DNA of 63,787 bases, filler included, from Phoronis australis (GCA_002633005.1; 7 parts of 7 records of this genome joined end to end with filler, not necessarily neighbours in it); one strand, 5' to 3'. Shown: positions 39,643-52,959, counted from the whole stretch's first letter. Notes: a model not told the origin generated them from the sequence alone. Program-made: numbers and translations.

Positions 39643-40641
39643 AAAGCTATTGTGAAGGTCGCACATTCCACATCTCATCAAATTTCTTTGACAACTGCCG
39701 TTTGCAAAAACTGCAAGCACATGTGAATAGTATGATGGGTAGTTGTAACCACAGTTCTCCAAAGCTGACCAAGTGGCCTCGGTTGTGTGTCTGTTGATAT
39801 TTAGAGTGCTACTTCGGGTTAACCACTGATCGTTTGTGGACGTCTCTGAAGCTGGTGCTGTGGAAGTTATAGTTCAGGTACGGCACACTAAAATACAGCC
39901 TTGGTACAAAGCTGTATACTAAATACACAGCTTTGCACCGATGTGGGTAAAAAAGCGGTAAGATAAAATCTGACACAAAATTATTGTCATTAAAACCTAC
40001 AATCTTCCTTGAGTAAGCTAAATTATATAACGGTGTTAGAAAAAATGGCGTTCTACCGTTATTCTGCTGCTAAAGTTGAGGAGCAATCTTTAGTGACGGC
40101 CTTTCGGCACCATGAAATATTGCGTCACTTATTGGCCATTTTGTTTCTATGATTCTTCAACCAACTGTTATTCCTTCACAAGATTGCATACACGTGACAA
40201 CAAATTATTGGAACTGGTTTCACTTCATTATAAGTTTTTAGAATTTTGATACCGAAAAACCAAATTTTAGAAGAAATTTTGCTGCTGCCAAGCTATCATC
40301 ATCTCCTGAGAGATGTCGCAAAAATGGCGTGTGTGCGTGTCCCGAGCATGCTGTTTTCAATACGACATAACTTTTCTTTGTTAGAAAAGGCAGAGAATTA
40401 CGCAAGAAAATGACGTTTATTATAGATAGTTTTCCACTTAAACGGCTGTAACGGGCAAGGTGTCGTTTAATTCCCAGAATTTGCATGCACCCCATCAGGT
40501 CTACAGCTCTACATGTTGATACAGGTTTCACAGCGAGATGACGAGCAAAACTATCCTGGCTGTGTGTAATTTCGGGGTCTATGGACGGAAGAATAACACA
40601 CAGCTGTATTTCAGTCTTCATACAGCTAGCTGGCTGGCTAA

Positions 40642-41547
40642 TAGGCAATGACCATCGCCTCTGTTGGCCCAAACCAGAGGCGATGTAGAGGCTATAGGCG
40701 CTCTGTACGCCGGAAGCTTTTTGGCGAATTATGCCTCGCACCGACTAAACTATCAAAGCCACGTTGTTATAACTACCTTTTGCGCATAGACGAACACCTT
40801 AGGAGGTTGTTGATGTGTTTAAGTTCTTCCAACTCGAACAAATACTCCCGTTATGAAACTTTTTCTTCGAGCAGTCCCTATTTCAGTTCCCAAAATCGTG
40901 AAATCAAAATTTTCATTTTTTAACCAGGCCGAAGGTCAGAAGTTGCGATCCTACCGGCAAACTTTGAAAGCTGAAGTTCCCGCCCTTTGCGTACGTGCTG
41001 CCGGGAACCAGCCGTGCATTTGCCGTGTTGTTAAACATTAAAATGTCAAATATGTGCACAAAGACTTTTAAATGTCATATCAACAGCATTTATTTTTATC
41101 AAATACAAATAATAATTCATTGAAATACAAACAGTTTCAAGTAACGCCAATTAAAGACAAGTATAAGTGGGCATTTTGGAAACCAACATTTGACTGACAA
41201 GACCGCAATGGCTCACCTTTGGCCTATTTAAACATTATTGCGAGCGCGGGTAAAAGTTGGAGCGTGCGCAGTACAAAAATTTTGATTTCACGATTTTGGG
41301 AACTGAAATAGGGACTGCTCGAAGAAAAAGTTTCATAACGGGAGTATTTGTTCGAGTTGGAAGAACTTAAACACATCGACAACCTCCTAAGGTGTTCGTC
41401 TATGCGCAAAAGGTAGTTATAACAACGTGACTTTGATGGTTTAGTCAGTGCGAGGCATAATTCGCCGAAAAGCTTCCGGCGTACAGAGCGCCTATAGCCT
41501 CTACATCGCCTCTGGTTCGGGCCAACAGAGGCGATGGTCATTGCCTA
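40642..41547. mobile_element. 906-bp fold-back non-autonomous transposon with 272-bp TIRs and 9-bp TSD (MULE-like)
   Basis: 40642-40913 is the near-perfect reverse complement of 41276-41547 (ends TAGGCAATG...CATTGCCTA); GCTGGCTAA at 40633-40641 and 41548-41556. Confidence 0.9.
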
Positions 41548-42187
41548 GCTGGCTAACTGCAATAGCACTAGCAGTGCCAGTGGTTTGTGACTGCACAGAA
41601 ACCTTTAATCAGCCTTACACAATAAATAAAGAGGTCTATTTGTTATACTATATCGTCGAGGGCCGATAAACGTGTCTGTGGTGACTGAGACTGAGTGCGG
41701 TCAGCAGCAAAATATTCAACAACTACTAAACTAGGCCACAACTGCACAAGGGAGTTTTCACCACAACCACGTGATGCATATGCTACGCGGATAGACCAAA
41801 ATGCCTCCTCTACACTTATGCCTACCTTTTCAGTCTGTCGATAAACACTTCTTATTCTATTAAAAACGTGGCAAATGACATTAATTGTAAAACATGATCA
41901 TTACGTGTTCCAACTTTGAACAAGGAAATGACTAGAATTCTGATAACGAGGCTAATCTCTTATACTTTCAATAAAAAGCAATTAACTATAATTTGTGTTT
42001 GTTATTTCAGCAAAAACATCAACTTCTATCTCAATCTTCTGTTATAATTATAAATTGTATTGTTAATTTTCTTTTTTAAATGTTAATTTTTGGAACTAAT
42101 AATTAGTTTGAGACTTTACGTTTGAAGGTTGAAGGTCACCGTAGATTATTTGTGCACCAAACTTTCAAAGGCCTAGAGTTCACCGTC

Positions 42188-42313
42188 ATGGCATTGCCGC
42201 TACCCATGTCGTGGTTTTTTGCTAATCTTGTCGCCATTGTTGGCGCTTTTCTCACCTTCGTTTGTATGTTTCTGATACATAAATTCGGATTATTGTATCA
42301 GTTATTTCATAAG
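42188..42313 (+). CDS. ILVBL: 2-hydroxyacyl-CoA lyase 2 / acetolactate synthase-like protein, first coding exon (membrane anchor)
   Basis: gtcATGG...AAG|gtaaac. MALPLPMSWFFANLVAIVGAFLTFVCMFLIHKFGLLYQLFHK matches ILVBL H.LGLFYQLLHK. Confidence 0.88.
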
Positions 42314-43228
42314 GTAAACTAGCACTCGACATGACTTTCTGCTTCTCATTGACTGACACTGGTGTAGTGGTGTAGTGACTAATCTGTAGTGATGTAGTCA
42401 CCGACACTCTCTGCCTCATACCCCAACACTAGATTCGGTCAGATTATGCCAAGTGACCATTTCTGCTTCATTTCTTCTGCTCATCGTTCGAACTATTTTT
42501 GAGTGGTCTCATTACTTGTAAATACTGATTACCATGTGTTGGACAGTTCTAAGTCCAGTAGGTGTGCCAATCACTTTTACAGGATGGTCTTCCCATCTAG
42601 TGACTGGCATCTCCCGACTGACAGTGAGCCTAACTGACAACATTGTAAAGGTGGTTTATAGCGTTGGCTCCCTGGTCAGACAATTAAAAACATTTCAAAT
42701 TTCTGAGCGGACATTAGAGTTTATTGTCCTTTATTTCGATAACTGGGGTTATTGCTCTGGTTCTCAGTTTCTGGATCCATGTCTGCTTTGCAGCTGACTA
42801 TTTCCTATAGTTGTCAACATTCCAAAACAAAAAGGTGGAGCATCTAGGCCTAAGATGCTGTGAGGAGAAATCTAGTGTCCGCCAAGATTCCTGCAAACTG
42901 TTAGCCACCCAGCTAGATCACATATACTATAGTGTCAAGATAGAGCCTATGGAAAAATGTACGTGTGTAAAATTTATGTAGACCTCGTATTTGAAAACGG
43001 TGGATCTATGCATTTTCTGATACTTGATTTGGTAATGGAATTTGAATCTTTTCATGTGTGGCAATTTTTGTTTTCTATAATACGCTTGCAGTTACGTTGA
43101 TGAATAGTTGACAAAGAAAGTTTTCTTAGATGCGAGTTGATGACTATAACATTGTTCTGATTTTATGAACATAGACTCTAATCTATGACATGACCTTATG
43201 ACTGCACATATGTATTGGTTTCTTTAAG

Positions 43229-43282
43229 GTTGACGAACATTCCACTCGACACGGAGGTGAACTAGTGGCTGAAGTCTTGAAG
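43229..43282 (+). CDS. ILVBL: ILVBL second coding exon (54 nt; not in the ORF track)
   Basis: tctttaag|GTT...AAG|gtatga, phase 0/0. VDEHSTRHGGELVAEVLK matches ILVBL VDKASVRHGGENVAAVLR at the start of the ThDP-enzyme N-terminal domain. Confidence 0.9.
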
Positions 43283-43428
43283 GTATGAAACTGGGGTCTT
43301 GATGTGTCACATACATTTAATATGTTTCTTCGTGGTTACAGTGAATTTTAGGCATAGTGCCATGGCCTATCATGGTTTAATGCCAGGATGTTTCAGCATT
43401 GTGTTATACTTGCGTCCATAAGCACGGG

Positions 43429-43998
43429 CAGGGCTCGACGCTATTCAAATCGCCAGGTCGCATTTTGCGACCTAGCCAAAATCCCAGGTCGCATTTTCAA
43501 AATCCAGCTCGCATTCGTAAATGCCAGGTCGCAAAATTTTCCCGCCATTTTTACGCGCCAAAATAGATTTTTTAGATCATCTAGAAAATGTTTAGATTAT
43601 GCTCTTATCTGCAGCGTTAAATACTCACAAATTTCGGATCTCAAAATTGACTTCATTCATGCAGGTACGGCCTTACTGTTCTTCACGACCGCCATTGAAA
43701 GACTCTAGAGCGCACGGCAAGTTGCCGGCGTGAAAGTTGAATCAGTGCTCTCTAACTGACTTGTGCATTGGAGTAGCTAAATTTGCGATGTGAAAAGGGA
43801 GAAAATGCCCGTTGAAAAAGTATCTGGGATTTTGTTAGATCTGGTCTGCTACTGGCCGTCATCAAAGTCGTTAACGATTCAAACTAACTCGGGTAATCGC
43901 GAGTTTGCTCTTCAATACTCTCCAAGTACGGGAAAAATAGGTCAGTCGCAAAACGACACGCACGTCACTAGTGTTAACTTTCTTTCCGAGGTATAAAA
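43429..43998 (-). mobile_element. Second, inverted and truncated copy of the 19892-22348 element, in an ILVBL intron
   Basis: Starts CAGGGCTCGACGCTATT; reverse complement of about 21565-22348, lacking about 21680-21890; cut by the scaffold end. Confidence 0.85.
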
Positions 43999-44098
43999 NN
44001 NNNNNNNNNNNNNNNNNNNNNNNNNNNNNNNNNNNNNNNNNNTTAATTAATTAANNNNNNNNNNNNNNNNNNNNNNNNNNNNNNNNNNNNNNNNNNNN
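43999..44098. other. Artificial scaffold spacer
   Basis: 44 N + TTAATTAATTAA + 44 N. Confidence 0.95.
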
Positions 44099-45948
44099 TT
44101 GGACAATCCATTTAGAATGCACCCGAGGTCAATTGAAAACATCATAATGGCGGCAATCGTGTAAAACGCAACGAATTTTCGCAACGGTTGAACAAATGAA
44201 GCACATCCAATTTACAATTAATTAAGGCATTAGTAATTGCAAACTACGATCTTTGTTGAAAAAAAATTTGTTTTGGGCAATGGAATGCCAATTAAGACAA
44301 ACATGCGACTAGATCCGCCATCTTGTTACGGATGCGAATAAATCATCGCATCATGGTAGTAAATGTGTAGTTCTATTTAGGGTGCAATTTTGAATGCAGC
44401 TTACTGAAAAATCATGATTTCAGAACTTTTCAACTTCTTTTTTCAAAAAAATCTAATACAGCTGCCTAATCTTGGATCTGGTGGTGAGGAAAAACTCTGA
44501 ATAGAATTGAAGACATTCAGAAGATGCAGGTTATGTAAAATTCATGACAGTCAGATGAATAGTGCCACCAGTGGCGTGTTAAAAAACCAAATTCTTTGAA
44601 AAAGGAACGGACTTAGTAATGTATTAATACAGGAGCTCGCTGTTTGGTGGCTTTTGAGCATGTCCCGCCCGACGGTGACCGCCTATGGGGTACCTTCGCC
44701 CGAACGCGGTTTTACAGACTGTACTACAGTATAAGTCTACTGGCCAATGTCTCCACCTTAGCTCGTAATCGCCGTTCGTGATAAGAAACAATATTCTCTC
44801 ACAAAGGAAGAAAAAATCGCCTTCGTCGAGGCTTGGAGACAAAAAATCGAGTAACCTTTGTCCTTTGACAATAACTGTGTCTCAATTCTTTTGAGTACAG
44901 TTTCCTGGAAAAAGAAACCCCGATACCGCCCGCGCGACTAGAGGACGCACATTACAGCAAAAGCTAGCAGAGCTTGAGCTGAGGACATTTGGCTAATTGA
45001 CAATTTCATCGACGGCAGCGTGTTGTCAGAAACAGACAGCTTCGTTCAAAACCCGGATTTTCCCGCCAGAAACATAAAGCATCAGTCAAAACGGTGATTT
45101 ACTACCCATTTGTGAAGAAATCTCACCAACACTTGAAACTTAGTTTTGCTACAGTAGGCCCTTTCATACTGACTTAACTCCGGTCTGAGCGGAGCGTCGA
45201 CGTAAACAGCGCAGTTAACTGGACCGTTCATACTGGTTTCGGTAGTTAAAGAACATTAACTTTATTTTTAAATCGATTGGTTATTATTAGAGCAGCTATT
45301 AGTGACGGCACTACCTTAATTGTAACTGTTGACGATATCAGTTGCACCTGGCGATATCTTCTTGCGTGACGTTTAAAATTTAAAACAGGCGTGCACGCTT
45401 TCTTGGTGAAATATTTGCAAAGTACTCAGGAAAAACTCAATTCATGGGCGGATTGTATATTTTTCGAATTATGATTTTGACACTAATGTCTTAAAGAAGT
45501 CCCTAGGTGGCACTACTTAAAATTAACATAGTACTGTTAAAATGTGATATATATGTAAAATCTTTTAATTTCCGTTCCAAGGTTATGTAGAGCACTCGAA
45601 AACTGTAATCCGTTCATGAACGCTAGGACTTTAACGAATTTACATGAGATGTGGCCGTGTATTTTAAATGAGAACACGTGACTTTGGCTGGATCTTAGCA
45701 CGGTCCTAGCGTAAGTCCAAGCGTCACAAACCCGCGCCTGGCCAAATTTGGAAAACTTCGGAGGTCGTTTCTCGAAAATAGCTGCCATGCTTTACGCACT
45801 GTTCTCCAATTCATTATTAGGAATTGGTTTTCAAAGTTTCCGCATGAGGGACCGTCAAAATGGTATTTTTATGATTTTGATGAATGACGTCAAAAGTTGC
45901 ATGAAACGAAAACAAAAAAATAATTTAAACAACGGCAACAGCAGTTTT

Positions 45949-46750
45949 GGCTTTTCAAATATCTAATAGAATCTGAACATGTTACTGATATACATGTTGA
46001 TGTTTTGAAGAGAATGTACCATTATTTTTATTGAATTCCAATAAAAATGAAAGGTATCGTGATTCAAATAACAGGGATTTGAAGTCGACAATTAAATTTA
46101 ACCGTCTTTCTACTTTCAGACAATATCAACTTTTTCTGAATTAAAGTCTATCGGTGTTCATTCAACTATTTTAACCATCGGGCCTTCTTCCTGAAAGTCA
46201 ACGGTTTGTGAAACTAGACTACATGTAATTATCTATCTGCTTTCAAAATCACAGTACTGCGACACGTCACTTGCGTTTCTTTTACTTCTTTTTTTTGGAA
46301 AGCCACAAACGGAATCATTTACACCTGAGCATATTAACTAGGTGCAGGTCANGGCTTTTCAAATATCTAATAGAATCTGAACATGTTACTGATATACATG
46401 TTGATGTTTTGAAGAGAGTGTACTATTATTTTTATTGAATTCCAATAAAAATGAAAGGTAACGTGATTCAAATAACAGCGGATTGAAGTCGACAATTAAA
46501 TTTAACCGTCTTTCTACTTTCAGAAAATATCAACTTTTTCTGAATTAAAGTCTATCGGTCTTCATTCAACTATTTTAACCAACGGGCCTTCTTCCTAAAA
46601 GTCAACGGTTTGTGAAACTAGACTAATTATTTATCTGCTTTCAAAATCACAGTACTGCGACACGTCACTTGCGTTTCTTTTACTTCTTTTTTTTTGGAAA
46701 GCCACAAACGGAATCATTTATACCTGAGCATATTAACTAGGTGCAGGTCA
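45949..46750. repeat. About 400-bp direct duplication around a single n (46352); probable uncollapsed haplotypes
   Basis: 45949-46351 vs 46353-46750, with scattered substitutions and small indels. Confidence 0.85.
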
Positions 46751-46769
46751 TTCGGTTCATATTTTTCTC

Positions 46770-46838
46770 TATAAAAGAGCACCATTCGTCATTCGACAGT
46801 CAAACCAAGACATTAACTCGACACGTTTCGACAAGTTG
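46770..46838 (+). promoter_or_regulatory. Candidate TATA/Inr core promoter and short non-coding first exon
   Basis: TATAAAAG at 46770-46777, Inr-like CAGT at 46797-46800 (A 28 nt after the TATA start), consensus donor G|GTAAGT at 46839. Confidence 0.5.
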
Positions 46839-48180
46839 GTAAGTGTTTTAGTGGCGTATTCTACTTTTTGCAGCAGTAATTTGCTCTGTAGAATTATTAC
46901 TATTACCATGACTGTCGTTGCTATCGTTGGTCTTATTTGTAATTTGGCTAGGACAGAAGAACACCACAACAATTTGAGGCACGTCATAGACTGCGAACTC
47001 TTGCCACTAAGCTGTGAGAATTGAAATTCTTTGGGTGCAGGGTTTTATGAACGATATGAAAATGTTGATGGACGCTAGTACATGTATCTTAGGCTGAATG
47101 GGTGAACGTTGTGACCATAAATTACTTGCACAACTTAATTTTGTTAACAGTGTAAATTAATACTAAACGAATGCATGTAATCTTAAAAATTATTTCCTGT
47201 GAAAATTAATTATATGTTGAGCAAATTAACATAACTGGCAAAAATCCATTATTTAGCGAGTAAATAAACTCACACTTGTTAATTATTTTACTCCATTATC
47301 AGTTAATGGCGCTGCAAATAATTAATTCAAGCCGTGAACTTGTAGTCTGTTGACAACGTTATCGTTGCGCATTTAGCCAACGATGGGCTAAAGTTGGCTT
47401 TGGTAGTGAAAGCCGTGAAAACAAGTTTCATAGCTGATAATTTCCAGGACATTGGATCAACAAATAGTAGTCGTAATTGTTATAGACTCCGTGGTAATTC
47501 GCATTCGAAAGCGTCTAACGATACACTTTACACAACTTCAGCACGGCCATAGTTGACAATGACACATAGCGTGTTCCCCCCAACCAAAAAAACATAACAA
47601 TTTCTGCACGAAGCTAACATTGAATATTTAAAACCAGGAACAAAACTGAAGAAACTAGAGCAGAGCGTTCTTGCATTCCGACATTACTCATGATATTTGA
47701 TTGTCAGCCGGGATGCAATTTGGTACGTCAAAGAAATCCCATGCGCTTTAAAGCAATTTCAATTCAAGCAAATGAAAGTAAACGATCTCGCAAAATTGGA
47801 ACATTCATTTGAACAAAGTTGTCTTTGATACAAGAGCTTTATTTACATGTATACTATCGACTGTAATTTGTACGGTATCGGATAGGAATTAATTCCTTTC
47901 TCCAGGATACAGGAAAACGCGTTTTTGCACTGACCTCGTCTTAGAAATGCTTGATTCTAGGAATCATTTCAGAAAATGTCGCTTCCACTAAAACTGCTCA
48001 AGTTTATCTAATTTTCAACAGTCGGAGATTCAGCCCCCGTCACAGTAGTGCACTTTTATTTGTTGGCCTTGGAAGTTCGAATACAGTTAAAACAGTAGTA
48101 GAAGTCTGAAAAAACAAGACACCACAGCAACAATCAGCATGAGAAACTTCAATGACACGAAAACGAAGTTAGAGACCCCT

Positions 48181-48429
48181 GGGGCTCGTTCTAAGAAACT
48201 GACTTAAGTTCATTTTTGACTTAAGTCTAAGATTTGCCTCAAATTCCGAACTTTGAAACATCTACATCTGATAAGATAGTCAAAATTAAGACAAAATTGA
48301 AGTCAAAAACTTAAGTCGAATATAAGATCTCTTTTTGAATTGATCTTGAGACAGATTTAAGTCTTATCTTAAAATTGACTGAAAGTTAAGATCCGTCTTA
48401 GCTAAGTCAGTTTTCTTGGAACGGGGCCC
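48181..48429. mobile_element. PIF/Harbinger-like MITE
   Basis: GGGGCTCGTTCTAAGAAACTGACTTA vs reverse-complemented end GGGCCCCGTTCCAAGAAAACTGACTTA; interior rich in CTTAAG-like motifs; TSD not preserved. Confidence 0.6.
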
Positions 48430-48993
48430 ATGTTCATGAATGTAGCACGATTGTGGGGAAATATTACCAGATTACTTGTCACTGTGTAACCCTCACTCTG
48501 ATATCAATGCGTAATGAATGGTCTTTGGCTAGTTTAGACAGTGTTCGTCTCAATTTTAACGTGAGGTAATTTGAAAGGAGATAATGACAAAGTGTGTTGC
48601 GGTGATATGAGTGTTGTAATTTCGATAAGACAATGTTCACCCTAGAAGCTTCCGTATGGCTTAATGCAAAGGGCCAATTGTTTTGATTAAATTTGGAACG
48701 AGTCAAAAAACTCGCCCCGTCAAGAGGGCAAATCAACATTTCTTGTTTTCTATAGTTACGCTCTGGTTAAAATGAACTCATTCGGCCATTTTTGCAATAC
48801 ATTGCTTCAATCTCGTTGCATCATATAATATTTTGAAGTTGGCCGTTTTCAACCACCAAAACAGCGTTGATATGACCTTAGCAAGAAGTCACGAACGAAG
48901 GTTTACCTCTGCTACCACACAAGGCAGTTCTCTAACCATATTGATAAGATAGTGTTTTGATTATTTCTAGAAAACCTCAAAAAGATTGAAACA

Positions 48994-49058
48994 ATGACCA
49001 AGTCGACCAAAGTTATCGCTTTCCTGGCCATCGTTGCATGCGTGTTGCTCTACGTCAG
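48994..49058 (+). CDS. Candidate first coding exon: signal peptide or signal anchor of an unknown protein
   Basis: Acceptor ttctag|48971, acaATG at 48994, MTKSTKVIAFLAIVACVLLYV, donor AG|gtgagt at 49059. Confidence 0.5.
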
Positions 49059-49179
49059 GTGAGTATTATATCCATGTTTCATATTTTCATTTCCCATCAA
49101 AAAAGTTACAAACTACAATCTCATAGAGATACGCGATCTCAAGTTATAATGTGGAAATATGATAACGTGTTCCTTTCAG

Positions 49180-49291
49180 GCTCATGTATCGACGAGGGCG
49201 CATTCACGTGTCCGAAACTTTACTCGAAAATAAGCCATTAACAGTTCACGGGCCTGAAAATCCCAGTTCACCAATTATCACGAGCTCGTGA
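49180..49291 (+). CDS. Candidate next exon of the same unknown gene (gives 58 aa in total)
   Basis: Acceptor tcctttcag|G, phase compatible; (R)LMYRRGRIHVSETLLENKPLTVHGPENPSSPIITSS*. Confidence 0.3.
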
Positions 49292-49602
49292 TCAAAATCA
49301 TTACAGAGCCTTGGAACTCAGAAAAGACTAAATTGCATTATTTAGAGTGATTTTCTGCCACTGAAACAGAACTCAACCTGCTCGCGAGGTACTTTTACGG
49401 TTTGGGAGTAAAGGTTTTGAATTTCTGTTGATGTCAATACATTTTCTTTTACTGACAAATTTGAAAAATCCATCATTCACGGCTTGTGACTTCGTCCATT
49501 TTTTCTTCCACAGGGCAAAGCAGGTCTCTTTATTTGGTGTGACAGGACATAGACCTAAAACATTTGTCTGAAATGAAAATTTGACTTAGAAAAATTTGAT
49601 TA

Positions 49603-50049
49603 AGAGGCAACTGACACAAATTCCAAACGCTTTAAAATTACTTTACAAAGCTGTTGCAGTATTCAAATATATTCTAAAATGCACTTGGAATAATTTTCGG
49701 AAAATTGCTTGCTGCATCGACTTGCCTGATACTGTGCTGTCGACCGCAAATTTGGAGCGCGATCACACACGATAACCTGCCATTAATATACATCTTGTCA
49801 GCCATGTATGTATGACGAATGACTGTGAGGTCATGCGCGCATTTATCTAAGTGGGAGGGAGATTAACTCGGTGGAGACAGCAAAGTTTTTCCTTCTTGTA
49901 TTATTCAAAAATCGTGACTTTCGAGATGTTTCTGGAATTTTCCTCATAATGCAATAACCAAATAATTTTGTAGTAGACGTTCCGAAAAGGTACTTTCGTC
50001 AGGAATTGTTTAAAAGATATTTTGACGATCTTTTGCGTTTTATGCCTCT
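49603..50049. mobile_element. Kolobok-like MITE at a TTAA site
   Basis: TTAAGAGGCAACTGACACAAA ... TTTGCGTTTTATGCCTCTTTAA; imperfect TIR. Confidence 0.5.
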
Positions 50050-52672
50050 TTAACCCCCGGCTTACTAATGCTCTACCCCGACTTGTGGTTAGGTAAAAAC
50101 AAAGAAAACAAAACCTGTTTTACATGTATGTACTCCGAAACTCATACACAAACTCCGAAACACGGTGGGTGTCCGTAGACGGCCAACGTTTTTTGCAGAC
50201 TTGACAACAACGAAGCACTTACTATTCACTTGTTTTGTTCTGTCATGAAACACGGTGCTAAGTCACTTGTGTTATTCAATAAGGTTTTGTTTTTGAACGA
50301 GAACCACGCGCCTTCATATTGTAATCTGGTTTCAATTTGTGTTCAATAAAAAATTACAACAAAGTGGCGCTGCGATAGTTTGCTCGTATTTTAATTGAAC
50401 AACAAACACGTCATTGCCTGTAAAATCATATTTTATTATTTTTATTTTTTGTAACAATTTAACAATTACAGCACATTAGGTACATAAACATTCATAACAT
50501 TTACCACCTTTATAGTTGTACTAAGCTCCATTTTGGTTGTGATTTTCTAATGTACCATTGATTTTACATACTAAATTATATATTTGGATAGTTTTTCAAA
50601 ACTGGTGACATCGGTTGTTAACGGAATTTTGTTCTGTATAAATGACATTTTTGTTATTAAAACTAAAAAAATTATACTGTTATATTCGGTATTTCCAAAG
50701 AGAACTTCAAGGCCATGTAAAAATCGATCATAAGGAGATCATCACAATTTTTCTTCCAAAGCTCTATTGCATATCTACACAAAATGACAACGAAAAATGG
50801 AATTTAGTACAAATTTAACGGTGTTAAATGTTTATGTATGTTTATATAACTAAGTATTGTAATTGTTAATTTGTTGCAATAAATGCATAAAACTCTAGCC
50901 CACTTCTGCAGGGCACATGCCTATTTGGGGGGGTACTAAACTCCTGACAAATGTCTTCCTAAAGTTTGAGCACCCCGTTTGAGCACGGACGACAGGCAAC
51001 AGTTGAGTCGAAATTGTCGGGAGTTTTTGATTTACATATTCAGACTAACAAAGGTTATCTAAGAAAATTGGCAGAACTGACTTTACAAGCCAGTAATGGC
51101 CATAAACGTACCCTTTATACCAGTCAGAATTGTTCCATCATCATTTAGTATCTCTANTTTACAAAGCTGTTGCAGTATTCAAATATATTCTAAAATGCAC
51201 TTGGAATAATTTTCGGAAAATTGCTTGCTGCATCGACTTGCCTGATACTGTGCTGTCGACCGCAAATTTGGAGCGCGATCACACACGATAACCTGCCATT
51301 AATATACATCTTGTCAGCCATGTATGTATGACGAATGACTGTGAGGTCATGCGCGCATTTATCTAAGTGGGAGGGAGATTAACTCGGTGGAGACAGCAAA
51401 GTTTTTCCTTCTTGTATTATTCAAAAATCGTGACTTTCGAGATGTTTCTGGAATTTTCCTCATAATGCAATAACCAAATAATTTTGTAGTAGACGTTCCG
51501 AAAAGGTACTTTCGTCAGGAATTGTTTAAAAGATATTTTGACGATCTTTTGCGTTTTATGCCTCTTTAACCCCCGGCTTACTAATGCTCTACCCCGACTT
51601 GTGGTTAGGTAAAAACAAAGAAAACAAAACCTGTTTTACATGTATGTACTCCGAAACTCATACACAAACTCCGAAACACGGTGGGTGTCCGTAGACGGCC
51701 AACGTTTTTTGCAGACTTGACAACAACGAAGCACTTACTATTCACTTGTTTTGTTCTGTCATGAAACACGGTGCTAAGTCACTTGTGTTATTCAATAAGG
51801 TTTTGTTTTTGAACGAGAACCACGCGCCTTCATATTGTAATCTGGTTTCAATTTGTGTTCAATAAAAAATTACAACAAAGTGGCGCTGCGATAGTTTGCT
51901 CGTATTTTAATTGAACAACAAACACGTCATTGCCTGTAAAATCATATTTTATTATTTTTATTTTTTGTAACAATTTAACAATTACAGCACATTAGGTACA
52001 TAAACATTCATAACATTTACCACCTTTATAGTTGTACTAAGCTCCATTTTGGTTGTGATTTTCTAATGTACCATTGATTTTACATACTAAATTATATATT
52101 TGGATAGTTTTTCAAAACTGGTGACATCGGTTGTTAACGGAATTTTGTTCTGTATAAATGACATTTTTGTTATTAAAACTAAAAAAATTATACTGTTATA
52201 TTCGGTATTTCCAAAGAGAACTTCAAGGCCATGTAAAAATCGATCATAAGGAGATCATCACAATTTTTCTTCCAAAGCTCTATTGCATATCTACACAAAA
52301 TGACAACGAAAAATGGAATTTAGTACAAATTTAACGGTGTTAAATGTTTATGTATGTTTATATAACTAAGTATTGTAATTGTTAATTTGTTGCAATAAAT
52401 GCATAAAACTCTAGCCCACTTCTGCAGGGCACATGCCTATTTGGGGGGGTACTAAACTCCTGACAAATGTCTTCCTAAAGTTTGAGCACCCCGTTTGAGC
52501 ACGGACGACAGGCAACAGTTGAGTCGAAATTGTCGGGAGTTTTTGATTTACATATTCAGACTAACAAAGGTTATCTAAGAAAATTGGCAGAACTGACTTT
52601 ACAAGCCAGTAATGGCCATAAACGTACCCTTTATACCAGTCAGAATTGTTCCATCATCATTTAGTATCTCTA
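49642..52672. repeat. 1515-bp apparently identical direct duplication around a single n (51157); assembly artefact
   Basis: 49642-51156 equals 51158-52672; gives the identical ORFs at 50966 and 52482. Confidence 0.9.
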
Positions 52673-52959
52673 ACCGTTCTTAAACATTTCTTGTACGACT
52701 GTTGAATAAAGTCAAGCTTTATGTTTGCATTGAACCATAGAGGTTCATTCAATATAATATAAACTATTACTGGAACAAAGCGTGTCACAAATTTCTTCCA
52801 TGCCAAGGAAACATCAAGTCAAAATCTATTACCAGTAACATAGTGGAAATTGCTTCCAAAATTAAACCCTCTTACAGTTTTGTATGTGACAGGAAAGACA
52901 TGCCAAGAATTGTTAGTTTTCAGGAGACATTAAATCAACGACAATTTCAGGCTATGTAC

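Noticed and set aside
40238-41669. Mirror-image ORFs (40648 + / 41224 - and 40238 - / 41448 +)
   Set aside because: By-products of the 272-bp TIRs; no transposase or other recognisable motif.
50430-50820. Possible LINE ORF2 3'-end remnant on the minus strand
   Set aside because: Only a faint resemblance; too degenerate to support by eye.
49642-52672. Apparent recent segmental duplication or LTR pair (likewise 345-1249, 45949-46750 and 58377-58722)
   Set aside because: Each pair is associated with a single n, the signature of overlapping contigs or haplotigs joined by the assembler; no TG...CA ends or internal retroviral sequence.
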